From: Thiotrichales bacterium
Lineage (GTDB): Bacteria > Pseudomonadota > Gammaproteobacteria > Francisellales > CACEW01
NCBI GenBank assembly: GCA_947478525.1
Contig: CANJVU010000004.1
Span: forward strand, 22,458 to 86,457
Length of the DNA stretch: 64,000 nt
Direction of reading: 5' to 3'
Under the pieces are notes generated by a model, which saw only the letters and a list, made by a program, of their open reading frames with translations, was not told where the DNA came from and did not search any database. Both the position numbers and the translations under genes were made by a program. Shown piece by piece: positions 17,514 through 26,641 of this stretch; position 1 is the stretch's first letter, and every line of letters starts with the position of its first letter.

Positions 17514-17749
17514 AGAAACCCTTACAAATTTTTAGGATTCTATCTTAGCCGAGACTGCCCTAATGTGGAAGCCCCGATTCAATAGCATAAAATTGCCTTT
17601 TCTGGTGGCCAAAATTTGTCGCCAACCAACTCTTTAAACTTTAGGAATGTGTGTAAAATTTGCTTGGTGGCGATGGTTGTTTTTTGACTTTAATAACACA
17701 TTGGTATCATTACCAGTTGTTACCAAAAATTAAGGCTACTGTGTAGAGT

Positions 17750-17791
17750 GCTCACGTCACTATGTTACAGCATGTACATAGTGACGTGAGC
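17750..17791. repeat. perfect 16-bp inverted repeat with 10-nt spacer
   Basis: GCTCACGTCACTATGT (17750-17765) pairs with ACATAGTGACGTGAGC (17776-17791). Confidence 0.9.
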
Positions 17792-18002
17792 GCAGCGAGC
17801 AAAAAAATTTTCATATTATACAGAATTTTATAAGCATGGTAATCAGAGTTTTGGGAGTGATTGCGGAGTTATTTTCGTAAAATCGACAAATTAGGCGTAT
17901 GAAATCCATAGTAACCTACAAGTTCAAGCTGGATGCTATTTCATCCAATTCACCACCTTATCTTCTTCTATGCATTAACCTCTAAATTGATCGAAAATCT
18001 TA

Positions 18003-18400
18003 GCATTGAGTTGTGTGCAATACAAACGCATTGCAGCCATAAAACACCACCAAAAGCCCGAAATTGCCTTTAAAAGTCGCATTGCGTTTGACCATTTTAT
18101 TGGGTTTGTAGCGCATTGCAAACGCATTGCATTTTTAAAAAACCGCCCTGGAAGCCAATAATTTGAGGGTCGCAATGCAAATGCAATGCACGCAATGCGT
18201 TGAACGCATGGAAAAACTAAAATGAAAATATACCCTATAACCCTTGTCAATATTCAGTTTTGTCCTTGGGCACCCTGGTGCGTGGGGTGTGTGAGTTTTT
18301 GGTTATTATTTCTAGTGTTTTTTTGTATCGATGCTTGAGGTTATTTTTTGCCTTCAACGGTGATTTTTTTATCTGAGCCACGCGGCGATTGAGCATTGCG
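18003..18400. repeat. array of (C)GCATTGC / GCAATGC(G) motifs
   Basis: Forward GCATTGC at 18028, 18079, 18113, 18124 and 18393, with a partial copy at 18003. Reverse GCAATGC at 18172, 18183 and 18192. Confidence 0.85.
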
Positions 18401-18514
18401 TGTTGATCTATTTCAATGAGGCAATTTATCGCTAAAATCTGTGCGCGAGACTTGTGCTAACCAAGTTGTGCGTCAAAGCGCTTTGATCTTTGCCCCGCTT
18501 TTGGCACAAGCACT

Positions 18515-19219
18515 CTAAAAACTAGCCTTGCTATCATCGATCTTAATAAGCTGTACAAAGCATGGCCTTATTTCATCTTGTAAGATTATATCCACAATTT
18601 CCTTAGCCACTGTTGTCGCAAGTTTAGATCCCCTATTTATTGCCTGAATTTTTGCAATAAACCCAGTAGGATTTTCTTGCTGAAACTTTATTGGAATAAT
18701 TTTAATTTTTTTAGCAACAGCAAATCCAACCTCTTGTTGACACCATGCACTATTTGCAAATCCTTCGGTATGAAGAGAAATAAAAAAATCCATCGAATTT
18801 AATGCCCTTTCAATTTCTATTTGCCAGTCTAACGATGGTTGAATAACCTCATGTGCAACAAAGGCATTAATATTATATGGTGCAAGCGCTTTTTTCAAAC
18901 TTGTGGCTTTTGTTTTTTCACTGGAAACATGACTAATAAAAACCCTAATAATACCATCTTTTTCCCAACCTTTTGGATACACTTTAGAAGATGAATTATG
19001 AGTAATATCAAGCTCACTAGCAATCTTCAATAACAGAGATTCATCAATTTCTCTAAGCAATTCACACACATAATCAAATTTACCAATTGGTCTTTCTGCA
19101 ATTGGTATTTTTTTTAGCGAAAAATCTTTTAGAAGAGAATCGATCTTGCTAAAAGTGTAATGATCTCGCAAAAAAACAGCCATTCTTTCAATTAAAGCAT
19201 GTCTTTCAATAATTTTCAT
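18515..19219 (-). CDS. TIR-domain protein (ThsB-like), 234 aa
   Basis: The C-terminal ~140 aa match the bacterial TIR pattern: RVFISHVSSEKTKATSLKKAL...FVAHEVIQP...SMDFFISLHTEGFANSAWCQQEVGFA. Starts 3 nt after the integrase stop. Confidence 0.8.
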   Translation of the reverse strand: MKIIERHALIERMAVFLRDHYTFSKIDSLLKDFSLKKIPIAERPIGKFDYVCELLREIDESLLLKIASELDITHNSSSKVYPKGWEKDGIIRVFISHVSSEKTKATSLKKALAPYNINAFVAHEVIQPSLDWQIEIERALNSMDFFISLHTEGFANSAWCQQEVGFAVAKKIKIIPIKFQQENPTGFIAKIQAINRGSKLATTVAKEIVDIILQDEIRPCFVQLIKIDDSKASF

Positions 19220-19222
19220 AAA

Positions 19223-20449
19223 TTAAACTCGCAATTTTTGCTCTATTTTAAGTGTACCTAAATAATCCGCCCACTGTTGCATCATTTTACGGCGCTCACC
19301 TAAGTGCGCAGTACGATTATACGCCCTTCCATTCGGATCCCGCACCGCATGAGCCAATTGGTGTTCAATAAAATCTGGCCTCACCTGCAACACTTCATCA
19401 AGGACGGTACGCGCCATTGCGCGAAAGCCGTGACCACTCATTTCGTCTTTGGCGAAACCCATGCGACGCAATGCCGAGAGAATGGCATTGTCGCTCATCG
19501 GTCGTTTTGGATCTCGTGCACTAGGAAAAAGGTAACGGCCATAACCAGTGAGCGGGTATAGGTCGTTTAAAATATCTAATGCTTGCTTTGACAGCGGCAC
19601 CAAATGCGGTTCGCGCATTTTCATTTTGGCGGCTGGTATGTTCCATTCAGCGGCGTCGAGATTAAACTCTGCCCACTCGGCGTTACGTAATTCACCAGGG
19701 CGAACAAATAACAACGGCGCAAGACGCAACGCACACTGTGTAACAAAATGCCCCTGATAGCCATCAATCGCGCGTAGCAACTCGCCAATTTGCTTGGGTT
19801 CGGTCATCGCGGCAAAATGAGTTTCTTTAATGGGTGACAATGCACCGCGAAGATCGGGTGAAGGGTCACGCTCGGCACGACCCGTGGCAATGGCATAGCG
19901 GAATATCTGACTACACGTTTGCAATGCTCGGTGCGCGGTTTCAACCGCACCACGACTTTCAATACGCCGCAGCATCGATAACAATAAAGGAGCCGTGATT
20001 TTATCGATCGGTTGATTACCCAGCCAAGGTAACACGTCACGCTCTAAGCGACGTATTAAGTTATTAGCATGCGTGGGTATCCAACGCGATGAGAATTTTT
20101 GATGCCATTCTCTGGCGATAATTTCAAAACTGTTGCCCCCACCTTCTGTTTGAGAGGCTTTTTGTGCTTTGCGATTTTGACTGGGGTCAATCTGATTGGC
20201 TAAGAGTTTACGCGCTTCGTCGCAGCGCTCTCTGGCGTCTTTCAGACTGACGTCAGGGTACACGCCCAGCGATAAACGTTTTTCCTTGCCTTCAAAGCGA
20301 TACTTTAAACGCCACCACTTGCCCCCACTGGGGGCAACTTCGAGGTAAAGACCTTTACCATCTGACAGTTTATAGGGTTTATCGGTTACCTGACCTTTTG
20401 GCGTCAGCCCAGGTTTTGCGTTGCGAATGGTGGTGTCACTCAGAATCAT
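19223..20449 (-). CDS. int: P4/CP4-57-type tyrosine integrase
   Basis: Start chosen at MILSDTTIRNAKP (ATG 20449). The N-terminal DUF4102-type segment is KPYKLSDGKGLYLEVAPSGGKWWRLKYRF. The catalytic region contains HGFRAMARTVL and HLGERRKMMQQWADYL. Confidence 0.9.
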   Translation of the reverse strand: MILSDTTIRNAKPGLTPKGQVTDKPYKLSDGKGLYLEVAPSGGKWWRLKYRFEGKEKRLSLGVYPDVSLKDARERCDEARKLLANQIDPSQNRKAQKASQTEGGGNSFEIIAREWHQKFSSRWIPTHANNLIRRLERDVLPWLGNQPIDKITAPLLLSMLRRIESRGAVETAHRALQTCSQIFRYAIATGRAERDPSPDLRGALSPIKETHFAAMTEPKQIGELLRAIDGYQGHFVTQCALRLAPLLFVRPGELRNAEWAEFNLDAAEWNIPAAKMKMREPHLVPLSKQALDILNDLYPLTGYGRYLFPSARDPKRPMSDNAILSALRRMGFAKDEMSGHGFRAMARTVLDEVLQVRPDFIEHQLAHAVRDPNGRAYNRTAHLGERRKMMQQWADYLGTLKIEQKLRV

Positions 20450-20624
20450 GGGGGCAAGTCCTCGCGCACAATTGGAATATGCCCCCAATGTTGCCCCCAA
20501 CTTGGGTTACTTGTCAAGAGGTTTCACTACGTTTCTAAAGGTATTGTTTTGCCTGATATTGGCTTATTTACTAGGACTTCCAGGACTTTTATGGTATTTC
20601 TTGAAACGTCCTGGAATCATCAGA

Positions 20625-20701
<77 letters not shown>

Positions 20702-20714
20702 ATAGTCGAACGTC

Positions 20715-20743
20715 ATCTTACGCCAAGATCCTAGAAGTTTCAA
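20715..20743 (-). promoter_or_regulatory. sigma70-like promoter for tRNA-fMet (TTGAAA-17 nt-TAAGAT)
   Basis: On the minus strand, -35 is at 20743-20738 and -10 at 20720-20715, about 13 nt upstream of the mature 5' end. Confidence 0.45.
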
Positions 20744-20802
20744 GCGATTTTATTGATATTTCTTGGGAAAACACCAATCTGACCGAAATTAAACCAATCC
20801 TG

Positions 20803-22473
20803 CTAAGATAATTTCTTATACTTAATCCGATGCGGATCAACCGCATCCGAACCCAGACGTTTTTTCTTGTCTTCAATATAATCGGCAAAGTTACCTTCAA
20901 ACCACACCACTTGGCTGTCACCTTCGAAGGCGATCATATGGGTGGCGATACGGTCCAAGAACCAGCGATCATGCGAGATCACAAACACGGTCCCGGGGAA
21001 AGTTTCGATTGCACCCTCGAGTGCACGCAAGGTTTCGATATCCAGGTCATTGGTTGGCTCATCGAGCAGCAAGACGTTACCGCCGCGACGCAGCAGTTTT
21101 GCCAGATGCACGCGATTGCGCTCACCACCGGATAGGTTGCCGATAATTTTTTGCTGATCGGTGCCTTTGAAGTTAAAACGACCGCAATAGGCACGCGATG
21201 GCGTGGTGTATTTGCCAACGGTGATAATATCCAACCCATCGGAAATTTCTTGCCATACCGTGTTCTTGTCATTCAAGTGATCACGACTCTGATCAACGTA
21301 AGCTAAGCTCACCGTTTCACCCAGTTGAATCTCACCGGAGTCTGGCTTTTCATTGCCACAGAGCATTTTAAACAGCGTGGTTTTACCGGCGCCGTTCGGT
21401 CCGATAATCCCCACCACCGCACCAGCGGGTGCGATAAAGCTGAAATGATCAATCAACAAACGATCACCAAAGCCTTTACACAGATCTTTCGCGATAAATA
21501 CTTTTTCACCCAAACGGGGTCCAGGCGGAATATACAATTCGCGGGTTTCGTTACGCGCTTGGAATTCTTCCGACATCAACTCATTAAAGCGCGCCAAGCG
21601 AGCTTTGTTTTTGCTACGACCGCCTTTGGCATTGCTGCGCACCCACTCCAATTCTTCTTTGATGGTGCGTTCTTTCGACGATTGTTTATTTTCTTCCAAT
21701 TCTAAGCGCTTTTCTTTCTGCGTCAACCAATCGGTGTAGTTGCCTTTGAACGGAATACCTTCGCCACGGTCTAATTCGAGAATCCAGCCGGCGACGTTAT
21801 CCAAGAAGTAACGGTCATGGGTGACGGCAACGACGGTACCTTTGTATTCATGCAAGAACCGCTCCAACCAGGCAACGCTTTCCGCATCCAAGTGGTTGGT
21901 TGGCTCATCGAGCAATAACATGTCAGGGCTGGATAACAGCAGGCGGCACAAAGCCACACGGCGTTTTTCACCACCAGACAGTTTCGACACATCGGCATCC
22001 CATGGCGGTAAACGCAAGGCATCGGCGGCCATTTCGAGTTTGTGATCTAATTCCCAAGCCCCCGCAGCGTCGATTTTATTTTGCAACTCACCCTGTTTTT
22101 CCAACAGTTTGTTCATCGCATCATCGGACATCGGTTCCATAAATTTGGCGCTGATGGCGTCAAAGTCATTCAACAAAGATTTGATCTCGTGCACGCCTTC
22201 TTCGATGATCTCTTTCACGGTTTTGTTGGGGTCTAAATGCGGCTCTTGTGACAAATAGCCAATCTTCACGCCTTTGCGTGGACCCGCTTCACCGATAAAA
22301 TCTTTATCGATACCTGCCATAATACGCAGCAAGGTTGATTTACCCGAACCGTTAAGACCGAGCACACCGATCTTGGCGCCATCATAAAACGACAGCGAGA
22401 TGTCTTTTAAAATAAATTTCTGCGGCGGCACAATCTTGCCGACCTTGTGCATGGTGAAAATATAAGAACTCAT
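20803..22473 (-). CDS. ettA: energy-dependent translational throttle protein EttA (ABC-F)
   Basis: 556 aa, colinear with E. coli EttA: [26 protein letters not shown], two Walker A motifs, and IKYKKLS at the C-terminus. Confidence 0.92.
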   Translation of the reverse strand: MSSYIFTMHKVGKIVPPQKFILKDISLSFYDGAKIGVLGLNGSGKSTLLRIMAGIDKDFIGEAGPRKGVKIGYLSQEPHLDPNKTVKEIIEEGVHEIKSLLNDFDAISAKFMEPMSDDAMNKLLEKQGELQNKIDAAGAWELDHKLEMAADALRLPPWDADVSKLSGGEKRRVALCRLLLSSPDMLLLDEPTNHLDAESVAWLERFLHEYKGTVVAVTHDRYFLDNVAGWILELDRGEGIPFKGNYTDWLTQKEKRLELEENKQSSKERTIKEELEWVRSNAKGGRSKNKARLARFNELMSEEFQARNETRELYIPPGPRLGEKVFIAKDLCKGFGDRLLIDHFSFIAPAGAVVGIIGPNGAGKTTLFKMLCGNEKPDSGEIQLGETVSLAYVDQSRDHLNDKNTVWQEISDGLDIITVGKYTTPSRAYCGRFNFKGTDQQKIIGNLSGGERNRVHLAKLLRRGGNVLLLDEPTNDLDIETLRALEGAIETFPGTVFVISHDRWFLDRIATHMIAFEGDSQVVWFEGNFADYIEDKKKRLGSDAVDPHRIKYKKLS

Positions 22474-22554
22474 AAACCTTCCAACAGTTATTCACAGAGG
22501 TCGACATGATAGCAAATTTTACTGAAAATACCCAGAGTTACTTTATAACTCAGT

Positions 22555-23220
22555 CTAGACTAGCTCTACACCATCTCTGAGGGCTTGATATTGAGGGTGT
22601 CCTGCAGCTACAGCAACACAAGCTTTCACGCCATCCCATATACACGTGGCTGCCTGCACCACATTATCTCGACCCACTGTCACTGCCAAACTACTTGCAA
22701 AGGCGCCGGCGGCGGATACGCAATAAACATCGGGAGACCCTGTGGCCAACCCTGCGGCAAAACCAGCTGCAAAAATCAATGTGGTAACACCTGCAAGCCC
22801 ATATTCAGACATAGCAACCCCAATACTTTCAACGCCAACTGCACCCAATAAAGCCATAAATGCTTTTGCGGTTTGTTCTTCGGTGATGGCATCAGCTTTA
22901 ATTAAAATAATGGTTCCACAAACGGCAACCATAATTCCCCCTTTCATGGCCTCCCACCCGGCTTTCAATTGATGCAACTCTGGATTGTCATTTTCCATTA
23001 AATGGTTTTTGACCTTAACTAAATGGTCGATTGCTGAAATCACGGCGGTAGGAAGCGCAATATCATACGCGATACTGCTGCCCTCTTTGGGTGCTTTGGT
23101 ACCAATGGCACTGAACACTGCTAACGCCCCAAAACATCCTAATCGAACTGCAGCTGAAATTCTATTTGCTACCGGTAAATATTTTTTTATCCCTGCCCAC
23201 ATCATTTTTCTCCTCATCAA
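22555..23220 (-). CDS. hypothetical Gly/Ala-rich membrane protein (221 aa)
   Basis: ORF with several hydrophobic Ala/Gly-rich segments. No known family recognised. Confidence 0.55.
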   Translation of the reverse strand: MMRRKMMWAGIKKYLPVANRISAAVRLGCFGALAVFSAIGTKAPKEGSSIAYDIALPTAVISAIDHLVKVKNHLMENDNPELHQLKAGWEAMKGGIMVAVCGTIILIKADAITEEQTAKAFMALLGAVGVESIGVAMSEYGLAGVTTLIFAAGFAAGLATGSPDVYCVSAAGAFASSLAVTVGRDNVVQAATCIWDGVKACVAVAAGHPQYQALRDGVELV

Positions 23221-23348
23221 TCATTCATGTTCGATCGAAGATGTTACCCCCAACTTCTGCTAAACTCAAGCCAATAAAAAAGCTTATTCTATTGACGCAC
23301 ATCAGTATCCTCGATACCATGTACGTAACAAAAAACAAAGGAGCCCCC

Positions 23349-23918
23349 ATGTCAAACAACATCAAAATCATCGGAATTTCCGGCAGCTTGCGCAAAGATT
23401 CGTACAACAGCGCGTTATTAAGAGCTGCCCAAGAAGTAATGCCGGCAGGCATTAGCTTTGAAATCGCCGACATCAGCGCCATTCCTTTGTACAATGGCGA
23501 TACCGAAGCGGCTCATTTCCCAGAAGCCGTCATTAAATTACGCGAACAAATCCGCGGCGCCAATGGCTTGTTGATCGCCACACCAGAATACAATTACTCC
23601 ATGTCCGGCGTCATCAAAAACACCATCGACTGGTTATCACGCCCCAGCAATGACCCCGTATTATCTGGCAAACCCCTGGCAATCATGGGCGCTTCAATGG
23701 GCATGATGGGTACCGCCCGCGCGCAATATCACCTGCGCCAAAGTGCCGTGTTTTTGAATATGCATTTGCTGAATAAACCAGAATTGTTTGTGAATGCCGC
23801 GCAAACCAAGTTTGACGCAAACTTGACATTGACCGATGCCCCTACCCGCGAAGTGCTGAGTAAATTGCTGGAATCCTTTCAAAAATGGATTGCGCAACTG
23901 GAAGGTCGCAAAGCTTAA
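23349..23918 (+). CDS. NAD(P)H-dependent FMN reductase family oxidoreductase
   Basis: Start at ATG 23349 after RBS AAAGGAG. KIIGISGSLRKDSYNSALLRAA and LLIATPEYNYSMSGVIKNTIDWLSR are typical of the ChrR/YieF-like family. Confidence 0.8.
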   Translation: MSNNIKIIGISGSLRKDSYNSALLRAAQEVMPAGISFEIADISAIPLYNGDTEAAHFPEAVIKLREQIRGANGLLIATPEYNYSMSGVIKNTIDWLSRPSNDPVLSGKPLAIMGASMGMMGTARAQYHLRQSAVFLNMHLLNKPELFVNAAQTKFDANLTLTDAPTREVLSKLLESFQKWIAQLEGRKA

Positions 23919-24202
23919 GCAGCGATTGGTGGGATGCTTTTATGCAGATGCTTGGCATGCCAAACATCCCACGCCAATTGCAGATGTAGCCAAAATTCTG
24001 GTTCCATTTTAAAAGCTTCCCCCAACGTTAATGCAGCATCGGGAGATACGCCTCTCTTACCATGAATAATTTCACTTAATTTGGCGCAAGTCCAACCTAC
24101 ATGCCTGGCAAATTGCATTTGCGTCAATTTCATCGGCTTTAAAAACTCCTCTAACAGCATCTCCCCTGGATGCGTTGGTGAGCGGTGAGTTGGTGGTTTC
24201 AT
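23915..24202 (-). CDS. higA: HigA-family antitoxin (XRE HTH)
   Basis: THPGEMLLEEFLKPMKLTQMQFARHVGWTCAKLSEIIHGKRGVSPDAALTL. Lies downstream of the higB-like gene. Confidence 0.8.
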   Translation of the reverse strand: MKPPTHRSPTHPGEMLLEEFLKPMKLTQMQFARHVGWTCAKLSEIIHGKRGVSPDAALTLGEAFKMEPEFWLHLQLAWDVWHAKHLHKSIPPIAA

Positions 24203-24214
24203 AGCATTCCCCTG

Positions 24215-24505
24215 TTAATGATAATCTACAACATCCACGTCAATGGCATCATTTTTATTCCACTTAAAAATGACTCGCCATTGTTTATTAACGCGTATGC
24301 TCCAAAAATCTTTCATATTCCCCGAGAGTTTCTCCAAGTGATTACTGGGAGGCACTCTCAAGGTATCGACTTTGGTTGCCGCATCCAACTGATCAAACAA
24401 ACGACCTATCTTCGCGTGCAACAACGTATCAATTTTTTTACTGTTTTTAGAAAACACGCCGTTAAAAATATCTTCGGCGGTTTTGCTAGCAAAGTTCTTT
24501 ATCAT
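24215..24505 (-). CDS. higB: HigB-family (RelE/ParE superfamily) toxin
   Basis: 96 aa; LEKLSGNMKDFWSIRVNKQWRVIFKW is the HigB killer-protein pattern. Confidence 0.8.
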   Translation of the reverse strand: MIKNFASKTAEDIFNGVFSKNSKKIDTLLHAKIGRLFDQLDAATKVDTLRVPPSNHLEKLSGNMKDFWSIRVNKQWRVIFKWNKNDAIDVDVVDYH

Positions 24506-24559
24506 GGCAAATCAACTTTACTTTAATTGAATTAATTGTATATCGATAATCGATAAAAG

Positions 24560-26641
24560 TCAAGCATTCAGCAAACGAATATCTGCCACCAGTAAAAATA
24601 AATTCCGAATTTCGTTGAGCAATGCCAACCGGTTTTGCCGTAGATGCGGGTCATCTACCATCACCATGATATCCGTAAAGAAACGATCAATTGGTTTTTG
24701 CAATTCTGCTAAACGGCACAGTTCTCTTATATAGCTATCGGCACTTTCAATTTCAACCACCCTGAAAGGTTTTAATGCCTTATACAAAGCTTGTTCCGTT
24801 GGTTCTTGCAAAAGCGCAGGATCAGAAAGCTCATTTTTAAGTGCGTTATTTTTACTTAAAATATTGTAAACTCGCTTATTAGCCTCAATTAATGCTGGTG
24901 CTTCTGGTAATTTGCAAAATTGCTTGACGGCATTCGTAGCCCAATCAATTTGCACTGGCATAAATGCCCGATCTACCGCTAACACTGACTCAACAATATC
25001 AGCAGAAATACCTTTCTCTTCGTAAAACGGCACCAAACGTTCTCTAAAAAATTGAATCAACTCTAAGGTCACAACATCCACATTGACTTGCGTATTTGTA
25101 TAACCTTGTGCTGCAAGCTTTAATAAATCATACAACATAACATTTCGATATTCTTTATCCACCAGAATCCTTAACACCCCAATCGCCTGCCTTCTCAACG
25201 CAAACGGGTCTTTGCTACCCGTAGGTTTTTCGCCAATCGCAAAAATACCCACCAGCGTATCAAGTTTATCTGCCAACGAGACAATTTGACCAATCTCAGA
25301 AGCGGGTAATGCATCGCCGGAAAACTTCGGTTGGTAATGCTCTACAATAGCTTCTGCCACTGCCGCTGGCTCGCCTTGGTGCAGTGCATAATAACGCCCC
25401 ATCACGCCTTGCAATTCGGGGAATTCATTGACCATGGACGACAGTAAATCACATTTGCACAGTTGCGCCGCACGTTTGGCCATTTCAACATTAGCGCCGC
25501 GTAATGTAGCCAATTCACCGGCCAAACGCACGACGCGATCCACTTTTTCACCCACACTGCCCAACCTCGCCTGAAAGGTCACTTTATTAAGATCGGGCAA
25601 ATAGTCTTCCAAGCGTTTTTTCAAATCGGTTTGATAGAAAAATTGCGCATCGGATAAACGGGCACGCACCACTTTTTCATTGCCGTGGATCACCACGTCG
25701 GGATGTTTGCTTTCAATATTACTGACCACCACAAAAGACGACAACAATTTGCCAGTCGCATCCGTCAGCGGGAAACATTTCTGATTGGTTTGCATCGACA
25801 AGATCAATGCTTCTTGCGGTACTTGCAAAAATTCTGGATTGAATTCGCACAGCAATGCCACTGGCCATTCGACAATGTGAGTGACTTCGTTGAGCAGATC
25901 TTCAGGAATCACCGCCTGCGCACCTTGTTGTTTGGCGATGACTTCGACTTGCTGGCGAATCGATTCACGGCGCTCAGCGACATCGACCAACACTTTGGCC
26001 TTACGCATTTCTTCCACATAGTGATGGGGATGCGCAATTAAAAATGGCTCGGGCGCATGAAAGCGATGCCCGATGGTCAATTGGCTGGTTTTGATGCCGA
26101 GAATGGTGGCGTCAATCACTTGCTCGCCATACAACATCACCACACCATGCACCGGACGCACGAAAGTTTCCATGTTGTCGCCCCAACGCATCATTTTCGG
26201 GATCGGTAAATTGGCCAGGGCTTTTTTAACTAATTCAGGTAGGATTTCCTGGATGGATTTACCAGGCACGGTAGCGCGATAACACAGCTGCTTACCCTTG
26301 GGGGTATCGACCTCAACCAATTGTTCTAACGTCGTTTGACAAGACTTCACAAAACCCAATAATGCTGGCGTTGGTTTACCATCAGCGCCATAGGCTTGCG
26401 ATACTGCAGGGCCTTTGCGCTCGATGGTTTGCTCAGGTTGTTGTCCTGACAAATTATTAAAAATTAACGTCATGCGTCGCGGCGAAGCGTAGGTATGGCT
26501 GCTATCAAAAGTGAATTGCCCCTGCTCCAATCCCTGCTTCACTTGTTCATGAAACGATGCCAATAAATTCGGCAGCGCCTTGGGCGGCAATTCTTCGGTG
26601 CGGATTTCAATTAAAGCATCAGCGGTTATATTATGTTTCAT
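24560..26641 (-). CDS. glyS: glycine--tRNA ligase beta subunit
   Basis: 693 aa with a GlyS-type N-terminus (IEIRTEELPPKALPNL) and a C-terminal anticodon-binding region. Confidence 0.95.
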   Translation of the reverse strand: MKHNITADALIEIRTEELPPKALPNLLASFHEQVKQGLEQGQFTFDSSHTYASPRRMTLIFNNLSGQQPEQTIERKGPAVSQAYGADGKPTPALLGFVKSCQTTLEQLVEVDTPKGKQLCYRATVPGKSIQEILPELVKKALANLPIPKMMRWGDNMETFVRPVHGVVMLYGEQVIDATILGIKTSQLTIGHRFHAPEPFLIAHPHHYVEEMRKAKVLVDVAERRESIRQQVEVIAKQQGAQAVIPEDLLNEVTHIVEWPVALLCEFNPEFLQVPQEALILSMQTNQKCFPLTDATGKLLSSFVVVSNIESKHPDVVIHGNEKVVRARLSDAQFFYQTDLKKRLEDYLPDLNKVTFQARLGSVGEKVDRVVRLAGELATLRGANVEMAKRAAQLCKCDLLSSMVNEFPELQGVMGRYYALHQGEPAAVAEAIVEHYQPKFSGDALPASEIGQIVSLADKLDTLVGIFAIGEKPTGSKDPFALRRQAIGVLRILVDKEYRNVMLYDLLKLAAQGYTNTQVNVDVVTLELIQFFRERLVPFYEEKGISADIVESVLAVDRAFMPVQIDWATNAVKQFCKLPEAPALIEANKRVYNILSKNNALKNELSDPALLQEPTEQALYKALKPFRVVEIESADSYIRELCRLAELQKPIDRFFTDIMVMVDDPHLRQNRLALLNEIRNLFLLVADIRLLNA

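Noticed and set aside
17975-18250. 91-aa minus-strand ORF in the island's ORF-poor kilobase
   Set aside because: It starts at TTG with no RBS. Its sequence is dominated by AMRL, repeated three times, which is simply the translation of the GCATTGC DNA repeat array. I treated it as a read-through artefact.
23166-23348. 61-codon N-terminal extension of the FMN reductase ORF
   Set aside because: It overlaps the divergent 221-aa gene start. The internal ATG at 23349 has an AAAGGAG RBS and gives the family-typical N-terminus.
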